This document shows, in pieces, positions 61,040 to 64,000 of a DNA stretch of 64,000 bases. The first letter of the stretch is position 1, and every line of letters begins with the position of its first letter. This DNA comes from Squalus acanthias (taxonomy: Eukaryota), in contig CM059438.1 in the NCBI GenBank assembly GCA_030390025.1, positions 57,848,001 to 57,912,000 on the forward strand, given 5' to 3'. The notes under the pieces are model-generated. The model worked only from the letters and a program-made list of their open reading frames with translations. It did not search any database and was not told the DNA's origin. Made by a program: the position numbers and the translations under genes.

Positions 61040-64000
61040 CGCGCGGGAAACCTGGAAGTAAGTTCAGCGTGTCCATCAGTGTGTTTTTAACACAGCCACC
61101 TCATTATAATTATACTTCTGGGTTTTCCGTCCAGTAGCAGTAGGCACAATGTGGACGCGTATGACACAATCACAACTCCAGTATTTAAAGGGACAATCCA
61201 AAGATGCAAGTTGAAGGAGTTTGGAGTTGGAAAGAAAAAAGCAGCAACTTTGATAATTGAGACCAGACGACCAAAGGCTGCACTCTGCTTCACTGACACG
61301 TCCCTTGATGTGCTGCTGGAGGCTGTGAGGAGTAGGAGAGAGATACTCTTCCCAAGCAATGGGAGGAAGAAGCCTGCTGCTGAGACAAAGAAGGCGTGGT
61401 TGGAGGTTGCAAAGGAGGTCAGCAGCAGAAGCATAGTGCCACACTCCTGGATGCAGTGCAGGAAGCGATTTAATGACCTAAGCAGGTCAGGAAAGGTGAG
61501 TACAGTGTCACGTACACCTACATCCTGCTGTGCGCATCACCCCACCCCCTCACTCTGCCTTCTCAAGCCTACTCCATCACATCACTCCTCACACCCACTT
61601 ACCTTGCAGGTGCACCCATCATTCTCTGTCTATGCACTTTCTCACATCCCATCTAACCACTCACCCTTATCCTCATGCAATTTCATGCCTCTCCCTCAGT
61701 CACCCTCAACAAATGCACCGCATCCATCGGATGAACACATGCCAGTACTCACTCATATGTCTGTTCTTTCCCTCCTTGCAGGAGAAGACAACACAGAACA
61801 CCAGGGAGAGGGAGAGAACCGGAGGTGGGCCTTCGCAGATCATGCAGCTGACAACTGCAGAGGAGGAGGCACTGGAGATCAGCAGAATTTCAGTGTGTCT
61901 GGCTGTCGGAGATGGGGAGCTCCCAGCTATCTGGTGACACAATTAAATAAAAGCCACCCACGTTATACAGCACTCAGTGATGTTAACTTGGTTTCAACAG
62001 CAAATGACGTAGGATCATCTTCATAATGATAAGTTACAACATATTCTTACCATGCCAGGACTAATTCATGTTTTTCGTCTTCGACAGGGTCTTAACACAT
62101 GCAGTAGGAGTCGGTGGAGGTGGCTGACGACGAATACTCAGATGAGCTGATTCCTTCTAAGGATACACCATCACAGGACTCATGCATACCATGCACCGGC
62201 TCAGATGCTCATACTTCGGTGGGACCAGTAGACAGATAGTTGAGTTTTCACCAAGTGAATCACACTTCACAAGTGAGCAAGAGCAGATGGTGGAGATAGG
62301 GACAGCAGTGGAGAGTCCATGTCGGAGGTCACAGCCCTCTCCAAGCTCTGCTCAGCTGTACAAAGATGCTGGCCCAGGAGAGGGATGATGGCGAAAGGGG
62401 ACATGGAAGTGGGGACTCCACTCAAAGCTCTTCCACTTCTCACCCGTTGCCCCCACTCAGTCAGTAGCCCACATGCTGCCTCATTTCCCGATGGCCCCAG
62501 CACAGGTGCAGGTGGCGCAGTCTTTGGCAGGACCCTCACAGGCTCCAAAACCCAGTAAACATCGGCCAAGAGCATCTCAGCAGTCAGAGCAGGGATCTGA
62601 GCAGCTTGCCTCTACCTCTGCTTGCTTGTAGGAGTAGCAGGAAAAGGAAGAGTAAGGCTCTGTAGTTGCACAAGGGTATGCAGATGGTTGTCTTTGAAAA
62701 CATTGTGTTGATAAGTTTCTGTTGTTTATTTAGCTCACATAAATGTTATTCTTTTTCACCACTTTCCTGTCTTGTCCCTTCTTGGGTGCTGGGTTGTAAG
62801 TTGCCTTTTAATTTATTCGAAGATGATGGGGAAGACATAAATTGATGGGGACTAATATGGGGATGTTCAAGGGGTGGTTGGTTGGTTGGAGGACTGCTTT
62901 GTGTCAATGGCATGGGGGGGGGGGGGCGGGGGGGGAGGTGGCAGGAAGAGCGGCCGTTGCATTTCCTTGTCACATGGGCCCACTGGTGGAACCTAAGTGA
63001 ACCTTGCATTAATAAGGGCATCTCTGGCATCCCAGGCAGCAATGTGAGCAGCTGGGGGGTTCATGGCACTCTTCCCCTCAAATCATCCAAGGAGGACCTG
63101 AGCTCTTCACTTTCTGCCTCCTGCAGGTCCAAACCTCGCTGCTACGCAATGTTGTGCAGAGTGCGGCAAACCATGACAATTCTGGAGACCCTGGGTGGTG
63201 CGTACTAAAGAGCGCCTCCAGATCTGTCTCACCACCTGAAGCACAGCTTCAGCATGTCGATGGCCTGTTCAATCACACGTTTGGTGGTCAAAAGGCATTC
63301 ACTGCAGTGCTCTTGGGCATCAGTGGTTTGGTTTCTGACGAGTGTCATGAGTCAAGTTTAAAGTGGGTATCCCTTGTCGCCGAGCAGTCACCCCTTAAAA
63401 CTGCTTCCAGGTCCGAAGCCATCAGGGAACTTGGACTGCCCAGGATGAAAGCATCATGGCAGCTGCCCGGGAATCTTGTGCACACCTGTATAAAGATCAT
63501 TTTGTGGTTCCACACCAGCTGCACATTGATGGAGTGGAAGCTGATGGAGTGGAAGCCCTTGCGGTTGACGAATACTCGTGATTGTTCTGGGAGTGCCCGT
63601 ATTGTCACGTGTGTGCAGTTGTTGATGCCCTGCACCTATGGGAAGCAAGCCAGAGCCGCAAACTCGAGCACCCGCTCATTCTGACTGGCATCATTGCAGA
63701 AAAAGTTGACATAATTGACAGCTCTGGCGAACAAACCATCAGTCACCTGTCTTATGAATGTGTGACTCCGCTGACTGGGAGATCCTGGATATGTCTCCAG
63801 CAGAGCCCTGGAAGGATCCAGAGATAAAAAGTTGAGGGTGGTGGTGACTCTGGTAATGTATGGCCATCAGGTCAAGCACAGAGCAGGTCTTCTTCTAGAT
63901 GTCTGCCAGCACCTGACATGACATCCTGAGCCTCCTGAGACACTGTTGTTCAGACATGCCAAGGAAACTCAGCCTCTGCCTGTATAGACCCTGTTTCGCG
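61040..64000. mobile_element. Decayed PIF/Harbinger element running off the window (Myb exons on +, transposase on -)
   Basis: Myb exon ~61255-61495 (WLEVAKEV..WMQCRKRFNDL|GTGAGT), with exons from 61782 and 62088. Transposase motifs CTHV, NRKGFHSI and PGSCHD on the minus strand at 62900-64000. Confidence 0.88.

Overview
Vertebrate genomic DNA, most likely from a shark or other chondrichthyan. This is inferred from HE1/V-SINE-like and Deu-domain SINEs, abundant CR1/L2 LINEs and PIF/Harbinger elements. Most of the window is nested transposon sequence. It includes a split CR1 (5.4-18.1 kb) carrying two Harbinger insertions, one of which holds a near-complete Gypsy element and another CR1; a young CR1 with an open 953-aa ORF2 (28.1-32.7 kb); Harbinger transposase and Myb/SANT relics with many derived MITEs; solo LTRs; and SINEs. 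Hidden between these, on the minus strand, is a set of paralogous short symmetric phase-2 exons (78, 39, 78, 78 and 78/84 nt, plus one broken copy and candidate microexons). They encode a ~26-aa repeat of an unrecognised host protein and were multiplied by local segmental duplication. The Gypsy element lacks a tRNA-type PBS, has a 12-nt LTR/PBS self-complementarity, and has a YLDN RT motif. No RNA genes, CRISPR arrays or nameable host genes could be supported. All comparisons were made by eye, without database searches.
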